Assembly (NCBI GenBank): GCA_945861665.1
Contig: CAMAVS010000001.1
Location: 146,403-210,402, forward strand
Origin: Chitinophaga pinensis
Lineage (GTDB): Bacteria; Bacteroidota; Bacteroidia; UBA4408
Direction of reading: 5' to 3'
DNA: 64,000 nucleotides
The position numbers and the translations under genes are program-made. The notes under the pieces are model-generated. The model had not been told where the DNA came from. It worked only from the letters and a program-made list of their open reading frames with translations, and made no database searches. Positions 52,008 to 62,038 of this stretch are shown here, piece by piece; position 1 is the stretch's first letter; every line of letters starts with the position of its first letter.

Positions 52008-53030
52008 CTACTTTTTTTGCTTTTCTTTGATGATTCTAAATCCTAATAAAATGCCTGTATTATACCTATTTTGAAAGGTTGAAAAACGATTTTTAGTTTT
52101 AGAATTTGAAATATCCGAATTAAAATAAACACCTGTGTATATTTTTTTTCCATTGTAACCCAATGCACACTTCGAACGACTTGCTAAACAAAATCCTGAA
52201 CCTGAATTGGAATTGCTAAGTTGTTTGTAATTTTGTACTTGCAAACCAACTCCTATATACTGTGCCAATGCCAAGTATATACTTTTGTACACCAGTGTAT
52301 ACCCATAGCCGGGCAATAAATTAAAATTAACTTGAGTATTTCGATTTAAGCCTATAAGATTAGAATACACACCATAATTTGCAATATTACTGCTATCAAT
52401 ACTCGTTATGTAACCTCCATTATCTTTAAGTTGATTATAATCGAATGAAGTAAGCAGCATAAAAGAACCTGCCGGCTTTATTTGAAACTGCGATTGATTA
52501 AAAGCCGCATTGTATGAATATTTTGAACCATTAAATATAAAAAATGTTTTAAGCCCCAATTGAAAATAGGCCAGGTTGTTGTTTAATGTACTATTTGCAA
52601 CATTACTGTTTGTTCCTGTTCCATAGTACAATTTTTTATAATCTTGGTAATAGCTTTCTAAACAAAAAACCTTACCATAATAGCTAAGCTCGTAATTTCT
52701 AAAAGTAGTTTCTTTTCGATTATTTTTATTAAAATAAGTATCGGTAAACTGAAAAGTATGCGACAAACTTATAAGCCAAAAACTCAATGAAAGTGAAGTT
52801 GTAAAAGGAACATACGCCAATGAATTAATTTTTGCATTCTTTAATTCAGTGCTGGAATACTTACCTAAACTAATGGGTGTTAAGCTGTATGTTAACTTGT
52901 TTGTTTCAACAGTACTCTTGATTGAGAATTTTTTATAGAATTTTTTAATGTACTCAGGATTGGTATCTTTTGAAAATACATTGTTCGAGAGAATGAGAAT
53001 CACAAATAAAATTGAAAAACACTTTTTCAA
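52008..53030 (-). CDS. DUF4421-like outer-membrane beta-barrel protein
   Basis: Signal peptide; YSYNAAFNQSQFQIKPAGSF and LLPGYGYTLV patterns. Confidence 0.7.
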   Translation of the reverse strand: MKKCFSILFVILILSNNVFSKDTNPEYIKKFYKKFSIKSTVETNKLTYSLTPISLGKYSSTELKNAKINSLAYVPFTTSLSLSFWLISLSHTFQFTDTYFNKNNRKETTFRNYELSYYGKVFCLESYYQDYKKLYYGTGTNSNVANSTLNNNLAYFQLGLKTFFIFNGSKYSYNAAFNQSQFQIKPAGSFMLLTSFDYNQLKDNGGYITSIDSSNIANYGVYSNLIGLNRNTQVNFNLLPGYGYTLVYKSIYLALAQYIGVGLQVQNYKQLSNSNSGSGFCLASRSKCALGYNGKKIYTGVYFNSDISNSKTKNRFSTFQNRYNTGILLGFRIIKEKQKK

Positions 53031-53033
53031 ATT

Positions 53034-53330
53034 CTACTTTTTAATTACCACCTTGGGTACTTTAAAATAATCGGAGTCCTTTTTAGGGGCATTCTTCAAT
53101 GCATCCTTCTGACTTAAATTCTGCTGCATTATATCCTCACGCAGAACATTTGTCTCATCTGTCATATAAATCAAAGGCTCTACGTTGCTTGTATCAAGTT
53201 CGTTTAGCTTATCAACAAAACTTAGCATATTGTTTAAGTCCTTTATCATTTGGTCTTTTCCTTCATTGTTAAATTCCAATCGGGCCAAATGTGCCAACTT
53301 TTCAACAGTATCCTTATCAATTTTACTCAT
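53034..53330 (-). CDS. gatC: Asp/Glu-tRNA amidotransferase subunit GatC
   Basis: LAHLARLEF, DTSNVEP, LRED, NAP....YFKVPKV. Confidence 0.95.
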   Translation of the reverse strand: MSKIDKDTVEKLAHLARLEFNNEGKDQMIKDLNNMLSFVDKLNELDTSNVEPLIYMTDETNVLREDIMQQNLSQKDALKNAPKKDSDYFKVPKVVIKK

Positions 53331-53370
53331 ACATTATAGTTAATACATTATCAAAGATACAAAAAAGGAT

Positions 53371-53967
53371 TTATTTGCCTTTTACTACAGGAAATACTTT
53401 AGCAAAAAAATCAAATTTACTTTTGCTTTTGGCATAACCTGTTTTTTCGGCTTCTTTCACATCTTCTACGGTATAAAATGCGTTCGGATTATACCTTTCA
53501 ATAAGCGCTTCAACCGAGACCACCTCTTTTCTTTTTACAATTGCAAATATCATTTTTACCGGCCCCCTCGATCCCATTCCATCAAAAATAGTATATCCTC
53601 TATTTTCCTTCTTTAATGACTCCGTTAATTCATCACAATTTTGATTGGTAATGATGCGCACAAGTTGCGTACCAATTGCCAATCTCTCTTCAATAGTTAA
53701 GCCAATAAAAGTACCGCAAGCATAACCACTTGCCCAGGCAAAATAACACATAAAATTAGTAAGGTTATGCATAAGTTGACTGATTGCAAAAAGCCATATC
53801 AGTACTTCAAAAAAACCAATAAATGGCACGATTCTTTTTTTACCTTTTGCAGCTAAAACGCCTCTAAGTGTCCCCAAACTCACGTCCGACAAACGTGCAA
53901 AAAAAATCATCGCAGGAAACAATATCCAATCGTGAAAAGTGCTTCCATTAAAAAACTCAAGATTCAT
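53371..53967 (-). CDS. UPF0316 (DUF5698/DUF2179) membrane protein
   Basis: FFARLSDVSLGTLR, GFFEVLIW, GTFIGLTIEERLAIG. Confidence 0.88.
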   Translation of the reverse strand: MNLEFFNGSTFHDWILFPAMIFFARLSDVSLGTLRGVLAAKGKKRIVPFIGFFEVLIWLFAISQLMHNLTNFMCYFAWASGYACGTFIGLTIEERLAIGTQLVRIITNQNCDELTESLKKENRGYTIFDGMGSRGPVKMIFAIVKRKEVVSVEALIERYNPNAFYTVEDVKEAEKTGYAKSKSKFDFFAKVFPVVKGK

Positions 53968-54082
53968 TGCACAAAAGTATTCAAATAGAGAAAAACTTTA
54001 TGAATACAATCAACAATTTGTTAACCGTTGAGTATTGATATGTTCAAAATGTAGAAATCAAAATTAGGTTAAAGCAACTAAT

Positions 54083-54372
54083 TTACTTGACAAAAATATT
54101 CTCAGCAAATTTAAAAGACACATTTGTTTTAAGATCCTTACCTATTTGTATTGACAAAGAACCATCGTAAGGAATTTTATCTAAAACCTTAATTTTTGTA
54201 CCAATACTCACCGACAATTGTAATAAATATTTCAAAAAATAGGGGAGGTATCCTTTACGGCTATTACCCTACAAGCTTTGCCTAACTCTATTTCCGATAA
54301 AACTGTTTTAACAGTTGAAGGTATCTCACCGTTTGATTTTGGTATAGGGTCTCCGTGTGGATCATATTCCGG
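54083..54372 (-). pseudogene. 3' fragment of a DtxR/MntR-family regulator (FeoA-like C-terminal domain), frameshifted
   Basis: PEYDPHGDPIP...RVIAVKDTSP, frameshift near 54240, then FLKYLLQLSVSIGTKIKVLDKIPYDGSL...ENIFVK*. HTH domain is absent. Confidence 0.85.
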
Positions 54373-54479
54373 ATCTAGCAAAAGCAATCGGAACAGAGGA
54401 CGAAATAATGGAAGAATTCAAACAGGTGAGACAGTTAATTAAAAAGTACTCAAAAAAATTTGTTGCTGAAAATTTATAA
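54369..54479 (+). pseudogene. 3' fragment of an ArsC (LMW-PTP type) arsenate reductase gene
   Basis: PDLAKAIGTEDEIMEEFKQVRQLIKKYSKKFVAENL* resembles the PDPAK..GT.EE....F..VR..I C-terminus of Bacteroidota ArsC (from recall). Confidence 0.7.
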
Positions 54480-54520
54480 TTCAAAGCAAGAGATGACAAC
54501 ATTTTAACGAAAAATAATCT

Positions 54521-54528
54521 TAATTTTG
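54521..54528 (+). promoter_or_regulatory. -7 promoter element for the lipoprotein gene
   Basis: TAATTTTG ending 27 bp before the ATG. Confidence 0.55.
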
Positions 54529-54555
54529 CAATTAATCTTATTAAATCATAAATAA

Positions 54556-54957
54556 ATGAAAAAGTTAATCATACTCATTGCAAGTGCTCAATTACTTTCT
54601 TCGTGTGGCAGCGAAAAATTAAATACAGCGGAAGCTAAAAAAACAGCTGAAAGTGCTATTGAATATATGGGCAAAAAAAAATACGATGATTTATATAAGT
54701 TATATACCAACGATTTTGCACACAGTGAAAGTAAAGAAGTGAGGGAATCAAAAATTAATGAAATAATAACCGTTATTGGTGCTGTTGAGAATTACACTTT
54801 AATTGACAGTGTTGCACAAGAAAATTTTGGTGAAGCAAACAACTTATTGCTAACGTATCAAGTAAAACATACTAACCTAACAAGCAAAGAATTATTTACT
54901 ATAATTGTAGAAGATGGTAAATACCTAATCGCTAAAATTGACATACAGGGTAAATAA
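54556..54957 (+). CDS. Hypothetical lipoprotein
   Basis: MKK...LLSSC lipobox; no family recognised. Confidence 0.7.
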   Translation: MKKLIILIASAQLLSSCGSEKLNTAEAKKTAESAIEYMGKKKYDDLYKLYTNDFAHSESKEVRESKINEIITVIGAVENYTLIDSVAQENFGEANNLLLTYQVKHTNLTSKELFTIIVEDGKYLIAKIDIQGK

Positions 54958-57237
54958 TTACTCCAACAATTTTTTCAATCGATTAAAAGAAGTTTGATTC
55001 TCCTTCATAAAAATGGAGCGGTACACTTTTTGTTTTTCTAAATTTGTAAGGTGCCAACTTAGCGAAATATTATCGCTCGTTTCGTTAAATAATTGAAAAT
55101 CGACTATATCAATATCACCCTTAAACCAAGAGCTTGCGTACTGTATCAATTGATTTTGATTATAATCTTGAACCTGAAACATATTTCCATACAAGGAATT
55201 AATCGGAGCACTGAAAGACTCAAAAAGTGTTTTGTCAGGATTTTTCTCGATTGGTCGCTCTTTATGTCGATCTCGAATTTGAACAAATACAACACCAGAT
55301 GTGTTCTCTTCTATCCATTTTTTAAAAACAAAAAAAAACTTAAGAGATGTTTCCATTCCATAATTATCTCTTCCACCGGCATCCAATACTTCAATTATAG
55401 GTTCACTAGGAAGCGCAACAAAGGGAGTAATGTATGGAAAAGTTGCACTCATCCGTAAAACACTGCTAAACCGTATACTATCGGCATCTTGTTGCGAAAA
55501 AAAACGAGCAAACTCTACCCCATCTATTAAAAATTTATTGTTGCAATTTTCATTCGATGAATTATTGGTAATGTACGATACAGGCTGAGAACAAACAACC
55601 ATTTTGCGCCCGTCATTGGCAATAATTGGGCTAAAAATCATCATTGGAATACTAGCATTATTTTCCGAAAAACGGTAATCAATTAATTTTTTGTTAAGCA
55701 CGCTCTTTGTATTCTCATTTAACTTTTGCTCAAAGGCATATCCCCTATCTTTCTTAAAAACATTTTTATTAATGGTGGTATTCCGGAAACGTAAAAACAT
55801 ATCGTTGGTAGCAATACTCATCGTAATGGGATTTAACATATCCATAGAAATATTTTTTGCATATTGCTTATCCGAGTAAGCTGGAATTTGTTTGTTTAGG
55901 AAACGAAGGTAAATTTCTCTGAGGTAAGCAGCACCAATCATTCCACCAGATGCACCCGAAATAACTTGAGTTTGCTTTAATAGTTTTCCCCCCGAAATAC
56001 TATCAGCATAAGTCAGTGAAAGCACGGTCCACAATGCCGAACGCAACCCACCTCCACTGGTATTTACAAGTACTAATTTTGGCTTATGAAGTGAATCAGA
56101 CACACTGTTTTTTACTTTCCATTTCGCAAGGATATCAAGTGTATGATCGATATCACTTTTTTGTAAACTTTTATCGTTGTTGTAAGAAGTTAAATTTTGA
56201 TAAGTATAAAGAGCTTTTACGCCATTATAATTTAAACCGTAAGCACGATTCCTACTGTGAAAAAAATTAGACGCAAACAACATACTTATCAAAAACAATA
56301 ACATAATTAAAACAGTTGCCGACCATCCCCGTAACCAATTATGGATAGCAGAAGACAGCATTAAATACATTGTAAACAGCAATAGCAAACTTGCTCCGGC
56401 CGGTATTTCAAATAATTTATTTTCTCTAAAAAAGCCTAACAAAATAAGGCTTACAAAAACCCCTAATTCAAAAATTGCAGCATTTCGATGATTCTGTATA
56501 AAAACAGCTTTGAGCATTTCCTTTTCATAATGGTCAACACTCCTGGCAAGCTTAATACGTGTAAAACTACCTACATATGTTTCAATGTGCCAGTCCCTTT
56601 CTTCTTTCAAATTCAAAGATTTCCACACCATATTTTTATTCAGTATAATTTTACTCATACGCTTAGGCTTGTAACCGTCACTTTGCTCGTCTGTTTTAAC
56701 ACCAAACATTTTATAAATGTTCTTATTGGTACGAAAAAAATAAGTGAGTGCAACCGATAAAAATAATACCAAACCACATAAAAAACCGATTATATCGATA
56801 AAAGCATCACCAATAGAAACGAACTGCACATGTCGTTGAAACGAGAAAACGCTTAAACAGTAATAGCCAATAAAAGAAAGAGGAATAATAGAGTTATTTA
56901 TACAAAATTTAAAAAACGGATTTGACAATGTTGCCAAAAATGGGAAGCGGAAACCATTCATAATATAGCTTGAAATCTGAAAAGCCATGATAAATCCAGC
57001 TAAAGCAAATCCGACAATAAAATAAGATAAAAAATTTACTTGGTTCAAATATTCAGGATTAAGAAACAAAAAGGGTATGCCATACTTCAATGCTACTACC
57101 TTAGCAATTATGCCAAATAACAGTAACCAAAATAATAACAGTAAGAAATTTTTTTTGAACTGAACCAATAATAACTGAATAGGAAAAAAGAATGCAATTC
57201 TCCTTAAGGTTTGATTATTTGTAAAAACAGATTTCAT
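54958..57237 (-). CDS. Patatin-like phospholipase with N-terminal multi-pass membrane domain
   Basis: SGGGLRSA oxyanion loop, GASGG nucleophile elbow, DAG acid motif; about 8 N-terminal TM helices. Confidence 0.8.
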   Translation of the reverse strand: MKSVFTNNQTLRRIAFFFPIQLLLVQFKKNFLLLLFWLLLFGIIAKVVALKYGIPFLFLNPEYLNQVNFLSYFIVGFALAGFIMAFQISSYIMNGFRFPFLATLSNPFFKFCINNSIIPLSFIGYYCLSVFSFQRHVQFVSIGDAFIDIIGFLCGLVLFLSVALTYFFRTNKNIYKMFGVKTDEQSDGYKPKRMSKIILNKNMVWKSLNLKEERDWHIETYVGSFTRIKLARSVDHYEKEMLKAVFIQNHRNAAIFELGVFVSLILLGFFRENKLFEIPAGASLLLLFTMYLMLSSAIHNWLRGWSATVLIMLLFLISMLFASNFFHSRNRAYGLNYNGVKALYTYQNLTSYNNDKSLQKSDIDHTLDILAKWKVKNSVSDSLHKPKLVLVNTSGGGLRSALWTVLSLTYADSISGGKLLKQTQVISGASGGMIGAAYLREIYLRFLNKQIPAYSDKQYAKNISMDMLNPITMSIATNDMFLRFRNTTINKNVFKKDRGYAFEQKLNENTKSVLNKKLIDYRFSENNASIPMMIFSPIIANDGRKMVVCSQPVSYITNNSSNENCNNKFLIDGVEFARFFSQQDADSIRFSSVLRMSATFPYITPFVALPSEPIIEVLDAGGRDNYGMETSLKFFFVFKKWIEENTSGVVFVQIRDRHKERPIEKNPDKTLFESFSAPINSLYGNMFQVQDYNQNQLIQYASSWFKGDIDIVDFQLFNETSDNISLSWHLTNLEKQKVYRSIFMKENQTSFNRLKKLLE

Positions 57238-57448
57238 AAAATTGAATTCATTACAAAAATAGCATTTGAAAACTTGTTTATTAGTCTAATGATTATCAAT
57301 TTATTTTACTTAAAATATCCCCTTTAGGTTTCAATTACTAAGCAGTATCTTAATTGACACTGCTTTAATTTAGAATTATTGTTTAAAAAAGTGTATAAAA
57401 TCACCACTTGAAATCGATGCTATCTTTTTGATTATCCAATTTTTATGG

Positions 57449-57456
57449 TATATTTG
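57449..57456 (+). promoter_or_regulatory. -7 promoter element for the large T9SS gene
   Basis: TATATTTG; implies the start is TTG 57479 rather than 57428. Confidence 0.65.
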
Positions 57457-57478
57457 TTATAAGGTTAATTCCGTTTTT

Positions 57479-60400
57479 TTGAGAGCAATTAAAAACATAC
57501 AGATTTTCTTCTTTTTTTTCTTGTCTACAACAAGATTAATAAGCTATTCGCAATCGAACTCTCAACTCCCGCAAAATCTAAAATTTACCGAAAATAAAAA
57601 ACAGTGGGCTTCGAACATACTTTTCCAGACCGATTTTAATGGCGGAAGATTGTTTTTAGAGCAAAATACATTTACCTATGTTTTTTATGAAAATGGTATT
57701 TTTGAAAAAATTCATCCACATGACAAAAAAATTAAAGAGGGCAAAGAAAAACAAATTAAACTTCATTCGCTTAAAATAAACTTATTAAATAGCAATACAA
57801 ATCTTGCTATCGCAGGTACAAATGAAACACCTGACTATCGTAATTACTTTATCGGAAACGATGAAAGTAAGTGGGCAAGTAATGTAAAATCCTACAAAGA
57901 AGTACTATACAGCAACGTATACAAAAATATTGATTTAAAAATTTACAGCTCGACAAACAATACCAAAACAGATTACATTGTAAATCCAAGCGGTGATGTA
58001 AATTCAATAAAACTATCCTATAAGGGGCAATACAAGTTAAGTTTAAAAAACAATCATCTTTACATTAAAACCAGTGTTGGTAACATTATTGAACAAAAGC
58101 CTTATGCCTACCAACTTATAAATGGATTTGAAACAGAGGTTCCTTGTTATTTTTCACTTTACAAGGATGTGATTAGCTTTATTTTACCTAATGGATACAA
58201 CAAAACTTTACCATTAATTATTGACCCAACACTTGTTTTTTCAACCTTTAGTGGTTCAACAGTTGACAACTGGGGTATGACTGCAACGTACGATGCTATA
58301 GGAAATGCATACGCAGGTGGTATTGCTTGGGGAATTGGATACCCTACTACAGTTGGTGCTTATCAAACATTTTTTGCCGGAGGTGGTGCTGGTGGAGGTA
58401 ATGGTGGTGTGTTTTTAGTAGATGCCGTAATCACCAAATACAATTCAACAGGTACTTCACTTATTTATTCTACATTTCTGGGAGGAAACGATAATGAGCA
58501 ACCGCAAAGCTTAGTGGTTGATAACAACAACAATTTAAACGTTTTTGGGAGAACATACTCCGTAAATTTCCCAACTACTTTAGGTGCTTACGACAGAATT
58601 TTTAATGGAGGTGCTGATATTTTTGTAACTAAATTTAACGCAAATGGAACAGCACTTGTGGGCTCAACTTATATTGGAGGAACAGGTGATGACGGAGTTA
58701 ATTTTTCTTCTATTGAAGTAATATTGGGTTCTATAAAATACAATTACAGCGATGATGCAAGAGGCGAAATTATTAATGACAACAACAATGATGTATATGT
58801 AGCATCTTGCACACAGTCAAACAATTTCCCTACAACTCCAGGAGCTTTTAGAACATTTTTTCAAGGTGGGTTGCAAGATGGCTGTGTATTAAAATTAAAT
58901 TCTAACCTAACAGCTTTACTGTGGAGCAGCTATTTAGGAGGTAATCAAAACGATGCGGCCTACTCTATTTCATTAGATAATACAAACAATCCATATATAA
59001 CTGGCGGAACAGAAAGCACAAACTTTCCTACAATGGCAGGTGCTTACAAAACAGCCTATCAAGGAGGAGTATCCGATGGCTTTATCAGTCATTTAAACAA
59101 CACAGGATCACTTTTACTTCACAGTACTTTTCTTGGAACTAACTTATACGATCAATCTTTTTTTGTACAAACAGACAAAGCAAATAATGTATACGTTTTT
59201 GGTCAAAGTAGAGGCGCATACCCTGTTTCTGTTGGAGTTTACAGCAATGCTAATAGTGGTCAATTTGTTCATAAACTAAATCCAGCACTTACCACTTCTA
59301 TCTTCTCAACGGTGTTTGGCTCAGGCAGGGGAACTCCTGATATATCCCCTTCGGCATTTTTAGTTGATACCTGCGAAAACATATACTTAAGTGGTTGGGG
59401 AGGGACCCTGGGTGGTTATAACCAAGCATCCAGTTCAACATTAGGAATGCCTACTACCGGAAATGCATTTCAACTTACTACCGATGGAAGTGATATGTAT
59501 GTAATGTCATTAGGAAGAGGTGCCCTAACAATTTTGTACGGAACTTTTTTTGGAGGCAATAGTAGTTTAGAGCACGTAGATGGTGGCACAAGTCGTTTTG
59601 ATAAATATGGAAATATCTACCAATCTATCTGCGGAGGTTGTGGAGGCCAATCGGATATGCCCACTACTGCGGGTGCTTGGTCGCAAACAAACAACAGTAA
59701 CAATTGCAATAATGCACTTTTTAAAATGCATTTTGATTTAATAAATACAATTGCCTCTTTCACCACAAACCCTTTTCCATTAATCGGTTGCGCACCATTT
59801 GTAGTAACGTTTACAAACACAACAATAAATGGACAAACCTATCTTTGGAATTTTGGCGATGGCAGCACCAGTTTTAACATAAACCCAACACATACATACA
59901 ATACACCCGGCAACTATAACATTGTGCTGTATGCTTACAACAACCAAACTTGTAATTTAAGCGATACAGCCTATGGCTCAGTAACAGTAATTGCACCTCC
60001 AACTATAATACCAATGCCCGATACCTTTATTTGCTTTGGAAACAATACACAACTAAATGCTACAGGTGGCGGATTAACGTATACTTGGACTCCTACAACC
60101 TATCTCAACAATCCTAATATTTCCAATCCTATTGCTACACCAGATACAACAACACAATACATTGTAGAAGTTGCAAATGCCTATTGTTCCAATTACGACA
60201 CCGTTATTGTTCAAGTCGTACAGGCTTATATCACGCAATCAGGCCCAACCACTTTTTGTGTAGGCGATACTGTAATATTAGATGCCGGTCCTGGTCACTT
60301 AACATATAGCTGGTCGAACGGACAAAACACACAACTGATTACCGTTACTACAAGTGGAAATTATATTGTAACAACAACAGATGTTAACGGCTGTGTAAGT

Positions 60401-62026
60401 AAAGATACGGTGGTTGTAACAGTTCAACCTGCCGTAATTGCGAATGCAGGAAACGATACTTTAATTTGCATTGGAACCTCCGCAATCCTTAATGCAAGAG
60501 GCGGAACAAACTATTTATGGACTCCCGCAACAGGATTAAGCAATGTGAATATTGCCAATCCGACAGCTACTGTTAACACAAATACACAATATGTTGTTTT
60601 GGTTACAACCGGAATCTGTTCCGATTATGATACAGTGAATGTACTTGTTGACACAAACATAACAAACATCACCCCCTTAGGTCCGATTCCTTTTTGCATT
60701 GGGAGTTCAGTGACCCTGGATGCAGGATTGGGCAATACAAATTACCTTTGGTCGACCGGACAAACAACACAAACAATTACAGTAAATACAAGCGGAAATT
60801 ATTGGGTTAGTACACTAAACCCAAACGGTTGTGTTGGACAAGACACAATTGTTGTAACTGTACTTCCTCCTGTATTAGCAAGTGCGGGTAACGATACAAT
60901 GATTTGCTTGGGCGACTCCATAAAACTTCTCGCAAGCGGTGGAATTGCCTATACTTGGACTCCTGCAACAGGATTGAGCAATACAAATACTCCCAACCCT
61001 TATGCAAAACCCATTGTTACAACTACCTATATCGTTGATGTTTTTAACGGAGGCTGTTCTGCCAAGGACACCATAACAATTACGGTACAAGATAACATTA
61101 CTCAAATTACGCCACTTGGACCAACGATGTTTTGCATAGGTGGTTCCGTTGTGCTGGATGCAGGTGCAGGACACAGCTTTTTCCTATGGTCTACAGGGCA
61201 AACCACACAAACCGTCACCGTTACACAATCGGGTAATTATAGTGTACATACATTAAATGCAAATGGTTGCGATGCAATAGACAGTATTGACATTTTAGTA
61301 TTGCCAGTATTAAATGCCTTTAACGATACAGGAATTTGCGAAGGAGAATCAGCACAAATTTTTGCAACAGGTGGAAATAACTTTACTTGGATTCCTGTTA
61401 TTGGATTAGATAATCCTTCAAGTGCAAGTCCTACTGCAACACCCTCACAAACTACAACCTATTATGTTGTATCAAACGAAACCTGTAATCCAACCGATTC
61501 TGTTACAATCACTGTTTTTCCCCTGCCGCAAGTGGACGCAGGTGCCGATCATTACATCGACTTTGGAGACCGAGCTTATCTGAATGCAAGTGGAAATTCT
61601 GTTTATCGTTGGAGTCCTGACAAGTGGTTAAACTGTACGGTTTGCCCATCTCCTGTTTCAATTCCCGATTCTACCATTACCTATTACGTAACTATAATTA
61701 CTGCCGAAGGATGTTCTGCTATCGATTCTGTTACTGTTTTTGTAAAACAAATTCCTACTATTTTTGCACCCAATGCATTCACCCCTAATGGAAATGGTAC
61801 AAACGAATTCTTTGCGCCAAAATTCACAAACATGAAAGAAATAGAGGTGCAAATATTTGACCGTTGGGGGGAAATGATTGCCAGTTGGAATGATTTAAAC
61901 GGACACTGGGACGGTACTTATAAAGGACGCGTTGTGCAGCAAGATGTATATGTATGGGTAATTGATGCAACAGACATATACAATAAAAAAACAAAACGAA
62001 CAGGAACCGTTACTGTAGTAAAATAA
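57479..62026 (+). CDS. Large T9SS type B surface protein: SBBP-type beta-propeller, PKD, Ig-like repeats, CHU_C C-terminal domain
   Basis: RNYFIGNDESKW, IIDPTLVFSTF, repeated YSTFLGG..., EHVDGGTSRFD, YLWNFGDG (PKD), PNAFTPNGNGTN...DRWG CTD. Confidence 0.9.
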   Translation: MRAIKNIQIFFFFFLSTTRLISYSQSNSQLPQNLKFTENKKQWASNILFQTDFNGGRLFLEQNTFTYVFYENGIFEKIHPHDKKIKEGKEKQIKLHSLKINLLNSNTNLAIAGTNETPDYRNYFIGNDESKWASNVKSYKEVLYSNVYKNIDLKIYSSTNNTKTDYIVNPSGDVNSIKLSYKGQYKLSLKNNHLYIKTSVGNIIEQKPYAYQLINGFETEVPCYFSLYKDVISFILPNGYNKTLPLIIDPTLVFSTFSGSTVDNWGMTATYDAIGNAYAGGIAWGIGYPTTVGAYQTFFAGGGAGGGNGGVFLVDAVITKYNSTGTSLIYSTFLGGNDNEQPQSLVVDNNNNLNVFGRTYSVNFPTTLGAYDRIFNGGADIFVTKFNANGTALVGSTYIGGTGDDGVNFSSIEVILGSIKYNYSDDARGEIINDNNNDVYVASCTQSNNFPTTPGAFRTFFQGGLQDGCVLKLNSNLTALLWSSYLGGNQNDAAYSISLDNTNNPYITGGTESTNFPTMAGAYKTAYQGGVSDGFISHLNNTGSLLLHSTFLGTNLYDQSFFVQTDKANNVYVFGQSRGAYPVSVGVYSNANSGQFVHKLNPALTTSIFSTVFGSGRGTPDISPSAFLVDTCENIYLSGWGGTLGGYNQASSSTLGMPTTGNAFQLTTDGSDMYVMSLGRGALTILYGTFFGGNSSLEHVDGGTSRFDKYGNIYQSICGGCGGQSDMPTTAGAWSQTNNSNNCNNALFKMHFDLINTIASFTTNPFPLIGCAPFVVTFTNTTINGQTYLWNFGDGSTSFNINPTHTYNTPGNYNIVLYAYNNQTCNLSDTAYGSVTVIAPPTIIPMPDTFICFGNNTQLNATGGGLTYTWTPTTYLNNPNISNPIATPDTTTQYIVEVANAYCSNYDTVIVQVVQAYITQSGPTTFCVGDTVILDAGPGHLTYSWSNGQNTQLITVTTSGNYIVTTTDVNGCVSKDTVVVTVQPAVIANAGNDTLICIGTSAILNARGGTNYLWTPATGLSNVNIANPTATVNTNTQYVVLVTTGICSDYDTVNVLVDTNITNITPLGPIPFCIGSSVTLDAGLGNTNYLWSTGQTTQTITVNTSGNYWVSTLNPNGCVGQDTIVVTVLPPVLASAGNDTMICLGDSIKLLASGGIAYTWTPATGLSNTNTPNPYAKPIVTTTYIVDVFNGGCSAKDTITITVQDNITQITPLGPTMFCIGGSVVLDAGAGHSFFLWSTGQTTQTVTVTQSGNYSVHTLNANGCDAIDSIDILVLPVLNAFNDTGICEGESAQIFATGGNNFTWIPVIGLDNPSSASPTATPSQTTTYYVVSNETCNPTDSVTITVFPLPQVDAGADHYIDFGDRAYLNASGNSVYRWSPDKWLNCTVCPSPVSIPDSTITYYVTIITAEGCSAIDSVTVFVKQIPTIFAPNAFTPNGNGTNEFFAPKFTNMKEIEVQIFDRWGEMIASWNDLNGHWDGTYKGRVVQQDVYVWVIDATDIYNKKTKRTGTVTVVK

Positions 62027-62038
62027 AAAATTAATAAA

